Assembly (NCBI GenBank): GCA_963709345.1
Contig: CAVPVX010000002.1
Coordinates: 1 to 64,000, forward strand
Length of the DNA: 64,000 nucleotides
Origin: an uncultured Actinomycetes bacterium
GTDB taxonomy: Bacteria > Actinomycetota > Thermoleophilia > UBA2241
Direction of reading: 5' to 3'
The notes beneath the pieces were generated by a model. That model ran no database searches and was not told the DNA's origin. It worked only from the letters and a program-made list of their open reading frames with translations. Position numbers and translations under genes: made by a program. Numbering within the stretch: position 1 is the first letter of the stretch; the number at the start of each line of letters is the position of its first letter. Positions 1 to 8,816 of this stretch are shown piece by piece.

Positions 1-332
1 CCGAGGGCGCGGGCGAGCACGGCGCGGACGCGCCGCGCGTCCTCCCGCGCCAGTACGCCCAGGCGCCTCTCGATGAGCCGGTCGTCCAGCGTGAAGAGCT
101 TCAGGCGCACCAGTGATGGGGCGGGGAGGCCCGCGGCGCTCGGAATCGCCGATCGGCACGTCCAGGGGCCACCGGCGGTGCGCGGCGCTCGTGATCATCG
201 CGAGCACGTAGTGCCCTACGACGGCGCCCAGCGGATCGTGACGCGAACGACGAGCGCGGGCCGCCGTCGGCTCGCAGCCCGGTCGGCGAACGGGAAGGGC
301 ACCACGACGACATCCCACTGCTCAAAGGTCAC
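1..332 (-). pseudogene. PemK/MazF-family toxin, frameshifted, runs off window start
   Basis: Manual translation from GTG 332: MTFEQWDVVVVPFPFADRAASRRRPALVV, then after indels VLAMITS...WPLDVPI...AGLPAPSLVRLKLFTLD; typical MazF motifs. Indels may be sequencing errors. Confidence 0.8.
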
Positions 333-557
333 GATATGCCTCGTCGTCCTCGCCAGACTCCCACTCACTGAGCGTGGCGCCGAGCGCGCGCTCGAACGGC
401 ACGTCGAGCGGCACCGCCTTGCGGACCGTCACGGTGCCGTCGTCGCCGATCTCGAACGCGAGCGAGTCCCCTTCTCGAGCAGAAGGGCCTCGCGCACGGG
501 CGCCGGGACGGTCGTCTGGTACTTGCTGGTCAACTTGCTCACCGCTCGATCGCGCAT
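322..557 (-). pseudogene. AbrB/MazE-family antitoxin, one frameshift in a G run near 470
   Basis: MRDRAVSKLTSKYQTTVPAPVREAL..KGDSLAFEI...LSEWESGEDDEAYRDL*; stop overlaps the toxin 5' end. Confidence 0.75.
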
Positions 558-572
558 CGGGACCCCCCGAAG

Positions 573-598
573 AGTAAGGACTGCATTACCACCTTACT
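573..598. promoter_or_regulatory. Inverted repeat, probable TA autoregulatory operator
   Basis: AGTAAGG-N12-CCTTACT just upstream of the antitoxin start. Confidence 0.5.
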
Positions 599-687
599 AC
601 GCTACCACCGCGTCGCGGCTTCTTGGACCGTAGCCGTTGCGCACCGTGAAGGCGAGGGCTCGAAGCGGGGGAGAGTGGCACACGACG

Positions 688-1140
688 ATGTCACCCTCGG
701 GGCCAGTGCGCCGGCCAGAACCAGGACCGCCTCTTCGTCGGCACCACCTACGCCGCTCTGGACGGGTCACGGGTGGTGGGGTACGTGACCGTCGCCGTCG
801 GGCAGATCGACCGCGACGACATTCCCGGTCAGGCCCGGAGGAGGGCTGCCGCACTGTCCCTTGCCCGTGCTCAGGCTCGCGCGCCTCGCCGTCGACGAGG
901 CCTTCCAGGGCGCGCAGACTCGGCCGGCGGCCCGCGGCGTATGCGTTCGCGGTCGCGCTCCAGGTGCAGGTCGCGGCCGGCTGCACCGGCGTGGTGGTCG
1001 ACGCGCTGCCCGGTCGGGTCGGCTTCCACGCGGATCTGGGCTTCATCGAGGTGGAGCTTGTGAGCGGGCACTCGCCGATCCGGCCGCGGCCCGTGGCCCT
1101 GTTTCTCGCGCTCGCCTCTGTAGAGGCGGCGCTGCCATGA
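688..1140 (+). pseudogene. GNAT acetyltransferase (TacT/AtaT-like TA toxin), 5'-degraded and frameshifted
   Basis: Pieces in three frames: AGQNQ...VVGYVTVAVGQI / PVLRLARLAVDEAFQG / GCTGVVVDALPGRVGFHADLGF. Confidence 0.7.
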
Positions 1141-1242
1141 GTGTGCGCTGACAGCTCTCGGCCGGGGCCGGCGCGGCCCGGCCCCGGCGCGCTCCCGCCG
1201 CCGAGCCGCGCTTGCGGGCCCGACCATATGACGCGAACGCTC

Positions 1243-1343
1243 GGTGCCACCAGTGGTGCCGGAGTGGTGCCACCAGTGGTGCCGGTAGTGGTGCCACCAG
1301 TGGTGCCGGCAGTGGTGCCACCAGTGGTGCCGGTAGTGGTGCC
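1243..1343. repeat. 12-bp tandem repeat, 9 GGTGCC cores (one 11-bp unit)
   Basis: Alternating ACCAGTGGTGCC and GG(T/C)AGTGGTGCC units. Confidence 0.95.
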
Positions 1344-1495
1344 GAGCCCCGCGCACCATGTGCCGCCGCCCCTCACGTCGATGTGAACCCCTCGCGGGCT
1401 TCGCCTCTCTCGCCGCGGGCCGGGCACCGCCGTAGCGCTGCGGGGGCGAGGCAGGCCAACGCCGAACAGGAGGTCGATGGTGGTGTCGTTGAACG

Positions 1496-1507
1496 CGATG
1501 TACATCG
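1496..1507. promoter_or_regulatory. Perfect palindrome upstream of vapB-like gene, possible operator
   Basis: CGATGTACATCG ending 23 bp before ATG 1531. Confidence 0.4.
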
Positions 1508-1530
1508 ATGCCCAGACCGCGAGGCCGCCC

Positions 1531-1741
1531 ATGACCCTTGTGCAGCTCTCGAGCAAGTACCAGATGCGTGATCCCGCAGGACGTCCGCGATGCCCTGGGG
1601 CTCAAGCCCGGGCAAGGCATGCAGGTCCTGGCGCTCGACGGCCACGTTGTGGCGGTGCCGACGCGCCCCCTGAGCGAGGCGTTCGGTATGTTCCCCGGCA
1701 TCGACACGAGCGATTGCCGCGATCACGAGGATCGGCATTGA
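1531..1741 (+). pseudogene. AbrB/MazE-fold antitoxin (VapB-like), frameshifted near 1565
   Basis: MTLVQLSSKYQ / VIPQDVRDALGLKPGQ...GMFPGIDT..RDHEDRH*. Confidence 0.75.
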
Positions 1742-2110
1742 TCCTCGTCGATTCGTGCGGCTGGCTCGACATCCTCGGGGCAACGCCGCTGGGTGAGGCG
1801 TACCGCCCGGCACTGGCCGCACAGGATGGGCTCCTCGTTCCGACGGTGTGCCTCCTCGAGGTCGGCCGTCGCCTGCTCACGTGGCGCGGTGAGGCCGAGG
1901 CGGCAGAAGGTATGGCCGTGATGTCTCAGGCGACCCTTGTCCCTCTTGACGGGAGTCTCGCCATCGCTGCCTCGCGCGTCGGGCCGGCCACGGGGTTGCC
2001 CTGCGCCGACAGCATCATCTACGCGACCGCGCGAAAGGCACGCCGCCGAACTCTGGACGCACGGCGCGCATTTTCGCGGCCTGCCCGGCGTGCGCTTCGT
2101 GGAGGCGTAG
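1738..2110 (+). pseudogene. VapC PIN-domain toxin, frameshifted near 2040
   Basis: LILVDSCGWL...VPTVCLLEV...LPCADSIIYATA / ELWTHGAHFRGLPGV; TTG start overlaps antitoxin stop. Confidence 0.8.
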
Positions 2111-2207
2111 ACGACGGCGAGACGATCCGGGTGGTCCCCGTGCCGGCCGATCCTCTCGAGGCGTACAAACCCCCTTTGGCGCATCTGGGGGTAGAATGGC
2201 CCCCGAC

Positions 2208-3191
2208 ATGCCCGAGCTCATCAGCACAGCGTCCCGCATCTTCCTCGCCGGCCACACCGGGCTCGTCGGCGGCTCCATCTACCGAACGCTGCGCGAGCAG
2301 GGCTACGAGAACGTCATCGTGCGCGACATCGCCGAGCTGGACCTCACGGACCCGGCCGCGACCCGCCGCTTCTTCGACGCGGAGCGGCCCGACGCCGTCA
2401 TCGACGCCGCGGCCAAGGTCGGCGGCATCATGGCCAACTGGGAGCTGCCCTGGGAGTTCGTCGAGCAGAACCTGCTCATCGAGCTGAACCTCATCGGCGA
2501 GGCGTTCCGGCACGACGTGCAGCGCCTCGTCTTTCTCGGCAGTTCGTGCATCTACCCACGCGAGGCCCCGCAGCCGCTGCGGGAGGAGTACCTGCTCACG
2601 GGGCCGCTGGAAGAGACGAACCGCTCCTACGCCATCGCCAAGATCGCCGGCATCGAGATGTGCCGCAGCCTCAACCGCCAGTACGGCACCGACTACCTCT
2701 CGCTGATGCCGACCAACCTCTACGGCCCGGGCGACAACTTCGACCGGGAGTCGAGCCATGTGCTGCCGGCAATGATCCGCAAGTTCGACGACGCCAAGCG
2801 CGGGGTGGGGGAGGGCGGCGGCGCAGCCGCTCCGCCCGGCTCCGGCGGCGTCACCCTCTGGGGCACCGGCGCCCCGCGCCGCGAGTTCCTCCACGTCGAC
2901 GACGTCGGCCGGGCGATCACGTTCTGCCTGCAGAACGTGCACGCGGCCGACGTCCCGGACGGCCTGCTCAACGTGGGCTGCGGCGAGGACCTCACGATCC
3001 GTGAGCTCGCCGCGCTCATCCAGCGCGTCGTCGGCTACGACGGCCCCGTGGAGTGGGACGCCTCCAAGCCCGACGGCACGCCGCGCAAGCTCATGGACGT
3101 CGGGCGCCTCAGAGCCTTCGGCTGGGCGCCCACGGTCGCGCTCGAGGACGGCCTTCGCCGCACCTACGAGTGGTACCGGGAGAACAGATGA
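2208..3191 (+). CDS. fcl: GDP-L-fucose synthase
   Basis: [44 protein letters not shown] motifs; alternative start 2196. Confidence 0.97.
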   Translation: MPELISTASRIFLAGHTGLVGGSIYRTLREQGYENVIVRDIAELDLTDPAATRRFFDAERPDAVIDAAAKVGGIMANWELPWEFVEQNLLIELNLIGEAFRHDVQRLVFLGSSCIYPREAPQPLREEYLLTGPLEETNRSYAIAKIAGIEMCRSLNRQYGTDYLSLMPTNLYGPGDNFDRESSHVLPAMIRKFDDAKRGVGEGGGAAAPPGSGGVTLWGTGAPRREFLHVDDVGRAITFCLQNVHAADVPDGLLNVGCGEDLTIRELAALIQRVVGYDGPVEWDASKPDGTPRKLMDVGRLRAFGWAPTVALEDGLRRTYEWYRENR

Positions 3192-4360
3192 CGAAGACGG
3201 CGCTCATCACCGGCGTCACCGGCCAGGACGGCGCCTACCTGGCCGAACTCCTGCTCGGCGAGGGCTACACCGTCCACGGCATCAAGCGCCGCGCCAGCTC
3301 CTTCAACACGGACCGCGTCGACCACCTCTACACGGATCCGCACGTGCCCGGCGGCCGCTTCTTCATGCACTACGGCGACCTCACCGACGCCACCAACCTC
3401 ATCCGCATCGTGCAGGAGACCCAGCCGGACGAGATCTACAACCTCGCCGCCCAGAGCCACGTGCAGGTCAGCTTCGAGACGCCGGAGTACACGGCCAACA
3501 GCGACGCCCTCGGCACGCTCCGCCTGCTCGAGGCGATGCGCATCCTCGGCATCGCCGAGCGCACCCGCTTCTACCAGGCCTCCACCAGCGAGATGTTCGG
3601 GCAGGTGCAGGAGGTGCCGCAGCGCGAGACCACGCCCTTCTACCCACGCAGCCCGTACGGCGCCGCCAAGGTGTACGGCTACTGGATCACGGTGAACTAC
3701 CGCGAGGCCTACGGCATGCACGCCAGCAACGGCATCCTCTTCAATCACGAGAGCCCGGTGCGCGGCGAGACCTTCGTCACGCGCAAGATCACGCGCGCAG
3801 TCGCCCGCATCGCGCTGGGCCTGCAGGACGACCTCTGGCTCGGCAACCTCGACTCGCTCCGCGACTGGGGCCACGCCCGCGACTTCGTCCGCGCCATGTA
3901 CCTGATGCTGCAGCAGGACGAGCCGGCGGACTACGTCGTCGCCACCGGCGAGCAGCACAGCGTGCGCGAGTTCGCCGAGCGCGCCTTCGCCGAGGTCGGC
4001 GTCGGCCTGCGCTGGGAGGGGAGCGGGGCGGAGGAGGGCGGCGTGGTCGACTCCGTCGACGCCGCCCGCCTCGCCGCCGTGTGCGCCGGCCACGAGCCGC
4101 TCGCCGACCTGGCTCCGCAGGCCAACGGCGCCCTCCGCCCCGGCAAGGTCGTCGTCCGCGTGGACCCGCACTACTACCGCCCGACCGAGGTCGGCACCCT
4201 CCTCGGCGACGCCACGAAGGCGCGCGAGCGCCTCGGCTGGGCCCCCACGGTCAGCTTCGCCCAGCTCGTCACCGAGATGGTCACGGAGGACGTCACGCAG
4301 GCCCGCCGCGACGATTTCGCCGTCCGCGGCGGCTTCTCCGTCACCCAGCACCGCGAGTAG
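3188..4360 (+). CDS. gmd: GDP-mannose 4,6-dehydratase
   Basis: [48 protein letters not shown]; ATGA overlap with fcl. Confidence 0.98.
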   Translation: MTKTALITGVTGQDGAYLAELLLGEGYTVHGIKRRASSFNTDRVDHLYTDPHVPGGRFFMHYGDLTDATNLIRIVQETQPDEIYNLAAQSHVQVSFETPEYTANSDALGTLRLLEAMRILGIAERTRFYQASTSEMFGQVQEVPQRETTPFYPRSPYGAAKVYGYWITVNYREAYGMHASNGILFNHESPVRGETFVTRKITRAVARIALGLQDDLWLGNLDSLRDWGHARDFVRAMYLMLQQDEPADYVVATGEQHSVREFAERAFAEVGVGLRWEGSGAEEGGVVDSVDAARLAAVCAGHEPLADLAPQANGALRPGKVVVRVDPHYYRPTEVGTLLGDATKARERLGWAPTVSFAQLVTEMVTEDVTQARRDDFAVRGGFSVTQHRE

Positions 4361-4479
4361 CGCAGCGGCGGCCCGCGAGCGTTGCGGGGGAGGAGTCACA
4401 CCGGGCGGCGCGGCCTTCGGCGGTTGCGGCCGGTTTGGTAGTATAGGGAATCGTCCATCAGCCATCATCGCGAGGTCAC

Positions 4480-6292
4480 ATGCGCGCCAGCCAGATGCTG
4501 TTCCCGACGGTCAAAGAGGATCCGGCCGGCGCGGAGGCCGTGAGCCACAAGCTCATGGTCCGCGCCGGCCTCGTGCGCCAGCTCGCCGCCGGCATCTACG
4601 TGTATCTGCCGGCCGGCTGGCGCGTCATGCGCAAGATCGAGCAGATCATCCGCGAGGAGCTCGACGCCATCGGCTGCCAGGAACTGCTCATGCCGGTGCT
4701 GCAGCCGGCGGAGATCTGGCAGGAGTCGCGGTCGCTGGAGCGCCATCGGCGGCGAGATGTTCCGCCTCAAGGACCGCAAGGGCACCGACATGGTGCTGGC
4801 CATGACGCACGAAGAGGTCGTCACCTGGCTGGCCGCGCACGAGGTCCACAGCTACAAGCAGCTCCCGCAGCTCTGGTACCACTTCCAGACCAAGGAGCGC
4901 GACGAGGTGCGCCCCAAGAGCGGAGTGCTGCGCACGCGCGAGTTCATCATGAAGGATTCGTACAGCCTCGACGTCAGCGACGAGGCTCTCCAGGAGAGCT
5001 ACCGCGAGCACATCGTCGCCTACGACCGCATCTTCGCCCGCTGCGGCCTCGAGTGCATGATGGTCGAGGGCGACTCGGGCATGATGGGCGGGGCCGTCAG
5101 CCACGAGTACATGGCCTACGCCGACGCCGGCGAGGACGAGATCGTCTACTGCCGTGAGTGCGGCTACGCCGCGAACGTCGAGACGGCCGTCGCCGGCGCC
5201 GACCGAGAGCCGCCGCACAGCGAGATCCAGAAGGCGGTGGACGAGAGCGCCGAGTCGTCGATCGGCGACGCCAAGCCGATGGCCCTCACCGTCGACGCCA
5301 TCGTGCCCACATTCGGCGCCAAGACGATCGCCCAGGTGGCCGACTTCCTCGCGCTCCCTCCTCGCGCGTTCATGAAGGCGCTCGTCGTCACGGTCGAGGA
5401 CGACGCTCCGGGCGTCGCCGGACGAGGCTGCCGTTGCAGCCGCGGGCGAGCCCGCCGCCGGCCGCCAGGTGATGGTGCTGCTGCGCGGCGACCACGAGCT
5501 GAGCGAACTCAAGCTGCGCAAGGCGCTCGGCGCCGACTTCCGGCTCGCGACTGCCGAAGAGGTCCTGGCCGCCCATGGCACCGAGATCGGCTACATCGGC
5601 CCCGTGCCGACCGAGCTGCCGGTGCTCGCGGACGAGGCGCTGCGCCGGGGCTCCTACGTCGCCGGCGCCAACGAAGCCGACCACCATCGCACCGGTGTCA
5701 CCCTGGAGATGGTGCCGCAGGCGGTCGTCGCCGACCTGCGCGACCCGAGCCCGGCGACCCCTGCGCGCAGTGCGCCGGCGAGCTCCAGGGCGCCCGGGTG
5801 ATCGAGGTCGGCAACATCTTCCAGCTCGGCACCAAGTACTCGGAGCCCATGGGGGCGACGTTCCTCGACGAGTCCGGCAAGGAGCGTCCCATCGTCATGG
5901 GCAGCTACGGCATCGGCCTGGCACGCATCGCTGCGGCCGCCGTGGAGCAACACCACGACGCCAACGGCATCGCCTGGCCGGCGAGCATCGCTCCGTATCA
6001 CGTCCATCTCGTCCTGGTGCGCGCGTCGGACGAGGTGCAGCGCGCGCTCGCCGAGCGGCTCTACGAGGAGCTGCCGGCCGGCTTCGAGGTCCTCTTCGAC
6101 GACCGCGACATGAGCCCCGGCATCAAGTTCAAGGACGCCGACCTGCTCGGCTGCCCAGTGCAGGTCGTGGTCGGCAAGCGCGCTCCGGACGGCGTCGTCG
6201 AGGTCAAGGAGCGCGCGAGTGGCGAGAGGCGCGACCTGCCGGTCGCCGAGCTCGCCGCCACCCTCCACGAGCTGCTGCGCCGCGGCGCCTGA
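4480..6292 (+). CDS. proS: Proline--tRNA ligase with editing insertion; at least 3 frameshifts (about 4729, 5410-5460, 5745)
   Basis: [60 protein letters not shown] spread over three frames. Confidence 0.93.
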
Positions 6293-6419
6293 GGCCCTGG
6301 CCCCGGGCGCGCACGCGGCGGCTGAGGCTCCGTACCCGGCCCGCATGCGTATCCATACCTGACAACGAGGGCCTGTTCCGCTCAAGTATCTGCCGATTCC
6401 GGGCGATAGACGTACTGTC

Positions 6420-6863
6420 ATGAATGCCATGTACACGACGCCGATCGCCAAGAACCGGTTCTCGCAGGACCGCTTCCCGCAGGCCCTCAAGGGCCTCATG
6501 GACGAGCGGCGACTCAGCTACCGCCAGCTCGCCTACAAGAGCAAGCTGTCGGCCGGCTATCTCAACCACCTGACGAAGGGCACGCGCCCGGTACCCGCCG
6601 ACCAGGTCATCAGCGTGATCGCCGAGGCGCTGCTGGTCGAGCCGGATTTCTTCGTCGAGTACCGGCTCCGCCAGGTCTCCGGCGTCCTCGACGCCGCGCC
6701 GGGTCTCGCCGACAAGCTCTACGGCATCCTGCTCCGCCACCAGCCCGTCCCCGACGACATCGCCGAGTCGCTCAGCCACCCGTCAAACGGCGGCAACGGT
6801 CACGAGAAGGAACCTGAGGCGGCCGGGACGCGCGGGCGCCACTCGGCCGTGGTCGGCTTCTAG
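6420..6863 (+). CDS. XRE-family HTH transcriptional regulator
   Basis: LKGLMDERRLSYRQLAYKSKLSAGYLNHLTKGTRP. Confidence 0.85.
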   Translation: MNAMYTTPIAKNRFSQDRFPQALKGLMDERRLSYRQLAYKSKLSAGYLNHLTKGTRPVPADQVISVIAEALLVEPDFFVEYRLRQVSGVLDAAPGLADKLYGILLRHQPVPDDIAESLSHPSNGGNGHEKEPEAAGTRGRHSAVVGF

Positions 6864-6887
6864 AAGCGCAGCCCCCCGCAGTACAAG

Positions 6888-6998
6888 GGAAGTGCCACGA
6901 CCGGCCCGAGGGCCGGTCGTGGCACGTACGGGCTGCGTCGAACTTACCTGACCATCCTGGTCCAGATCGGGTTGGTGATCGCGCGGCTGCCGTCGAGA
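6888..6998. repeat. 111-bp direct repeat, copy 1
   Basis: Identical by eye to 8706-8816; includes the GTGCCACGACCGGCC-CGAG-GGCCGGTCGTGGCAC hairpin. Confidence 0.95.
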
Positions 6999-7060
6999 GC
7001 CGCGTAGTGATGACCTTGCCGCTCCTACGCACCTCGATCGTCTTGCCGAACAACTCGCCG

Positions 7061-8488
7061 TCACCGCCTGTACTTGAGCACGACGATCTGGCTGCCGCCA
7101 ATCCCCTGGCAGGTGCCTGCCACGTAGATCCCGCCGGTCGTCCCGAGGACGACGCCGCAGGGCCGGTCGTTGTCGTGCCCGGGGCCGCGCCACGCCCGCA
7201 TCCACGGACGTCCCTGCAGGGAATTCGTGAAGCGCCGCACGATGATGTTGCTGTGCTCGGTTGGACCGTCGCCCCACTCATCAGACCAGGCGACGTAGAC
7301 GGCGCCGGTGGGTCCCAGTGCGAGATGGGGCCCGACCGCCCTGTCGTCAAGAGGCTCGTAGGCCGTGATCTGCCAGACGCCGTCCGACCGGAGGCGCATG
7401 ACGCAGGCGACAGATGAGCCGAGGGCCTGCTCCGTGACACCGGCGACGAACGCACTGCCCTTGCCGTCGACCACGACGTCGCTCGAACTGAGGCTGGATC
7501 CCGGCCCCTCGTCGTAGAACGTGCGGTACTGCGGCGCGCCCCCCCGGGTGAAGCCCAGCCCCATCATGTGCCGGTCCGTCCCCGTGTCCAGTGTGGCTGC
7601 TGCGGCGACCCAGTTCTTGCGGACGACGATCGCCGTGGCAGAGCTCTTCTCGCCGACCCCCGGCACGTCGATCCATGCCCAGGGGGTGCTTCCGTCGGTG
7701 CGCTTGAACGTGAGCACCACGGCGCGCTCGTCGGCCATGAATCGCGCCGAGCCACACGCGTACACGTTTCCGTAGCCGTCCAGCGCCATGTCGGAGACGG
7801 CGAAGTCGACGCCTGGGAGCACGAAACCGCCGCCCAACACTTCTGGGCCGCGAACGGCAACCCAGCTTCGCCTGCCGGACGGTGTGTACTTGACGGCGAC
7901 GACCCTGAGGTCGCCGCCGGGCGAGCGACTGGTGCCGGTCACGTATGCATTCCCGTAGCGATCGACCGCGAGGGCGGCGGCGTGAACGTCCGCGCCGCCG
8001 GGGCCGGCGTAGAGCCGCATCCACACACGCTTTCCGCCCGGGCGGTACTTGATCACGACGATGCCCCAGTCGTTGAGGCCCGCCTCGACGCTGCCGGCGA
8101 CGAAGACGTTGCCGCGGCGGTCGCAGGCGATGGCCGCGGCGAACTCCTCTCCGGGAGAGGTTGCACCATGCGTGCGCACCCAGGCCCGGCGGCCGTCGGC
8201 GCGGTAGCGAAGGACGACCATGTGGCTGCCGGTCGGGGCGACGCGCTGCCCTGTCACACAGAGGGCGCCGCCCGGGGCAGCCGCGACGGCGACGGCAGAG
8301 GCGTACCGTGCGGCGGTGCCGTAGCGCTTCGCCCAGAGCAGGTCCCCGCCGGCGGCACGCGCCATCGGGGCCGCGACCGCCACCGCGAGCGCCGCGAGGA
8401 TCACAGTGAGGCAGGCCACCGCCACCGGGGTCGGCGCTCCCAGCGCCGTCCAGCGACGCCGCGACCTGACCATGCGGGAGGTTCCCAT
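7061..8488 (-). CDS. Secreted beta-propeller repeat protein (SBBP-like)
   Basis: Signal-like N-terminus; repeated D..GN(V/A)(F/Y)V(A/T)G and (K/R)Y..G.R.W motifs; RBS GAAGGAGG before ATG 8488. Confidence 0.75.
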   Translation of the reverse strand: MGTSRMVRSRRRWTALGAPTPVAVACLTVILAALAVAVAAPMARAAGGDLLWAKRYGTAARYASAVAVAAAPGGALCVTGQRVAPTGSHMVVLRYRADGRRAWVRTHGATSPGEEFAAAIACDRRGNVFVAGSVEAGLNDWGIVVIKYRPGGKRVWMRLYAGPGGADVHAAALAVDRYGNAYVTGTSRSPGGDLRVVAVKYTPSGRRSWVAVRGPEVLGGGFVLPGVDFAVSDMALDGYGNVYACGSARFMADERAVVLTFKRTDGSTPWAWIDVPGVGEKSSATAIVVRKNWVAAAATLDTGTDRHMMGLGFTRGGAPQYRTFYDEGPGSSLSSSDVVVDGKGSAFVAGVTEQALGSSVACVMRLRSDGVWQITAYEPLDDRAVGPHLALGPTGAVYVAWSDEWGDGPTEHSNIIVRRFTNSLQGRPWMRAWRGPGHDNDRPCGVVLGTTGGIYVAGTCQGIGGSQIVVLKYRR

Positions 8489-8705
8489 GACTCCTCCTTC
8501 GTCAACCTCGCCGGAGACCTCGTCTCCGCAAGAAAGGCCCACGCATCGAGTATAGACGCGACGCAACGGTAGCCTGGCTCCCGGGCATGGACCAGGGCAC
8601 CCGTCAGAAAAGCGGCCCGGTCGGGAATGGCACGCTCCGGGCTTGACGGAGGCTCTGTGTCTTGGAGGATCCTGTCTTCAGGGAAGGGAGGCTCTCGCAG
8701 CAAAA

Positions 8706-8816
8706 GGAAGTGCCACGACCGGCCCGAGGGCCGGTCGTGGCACGTACGGGCTGCGTCGAACTTACCTGACCATCCTGGTCCAGATCGGGTTGGTGATCGC
8801 GCGGCTGCCGTCGAGA
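8706..8816. repeat. 111-bp direct repeat, copy 2 (3' end and terminator of the metallohydrolase gene)
   Basis: Identical to 6888-6998. Confidence 0.95.
8710..8743 (-). terminator. Intrinsic terminator hairpin
   Basis: 15-bp perfect stem followed by TTCCTTTT on the minus strand, just after the stop at 8762. Confidence 0.75.

Noticed and set aside
1243-1343. CRISPR array
   Set aside because: Contiguous 12-bp units with no unique spacers and no cas genes
1-2200. Integron cassette array
   Set aside because: No repeated attC-like RYYYAAC/GTTRRRY boundaries or integrase seen
4050-4140. Insertion in Gmd as an intein or mobile element
   Set aside because: Only about 25 aa in a variable loop, with no splicing motifs
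4720-5760. Programmed frameshifting in proS
   Set aside because: No slippery heptamers; several scattered indels fit sequencing error better
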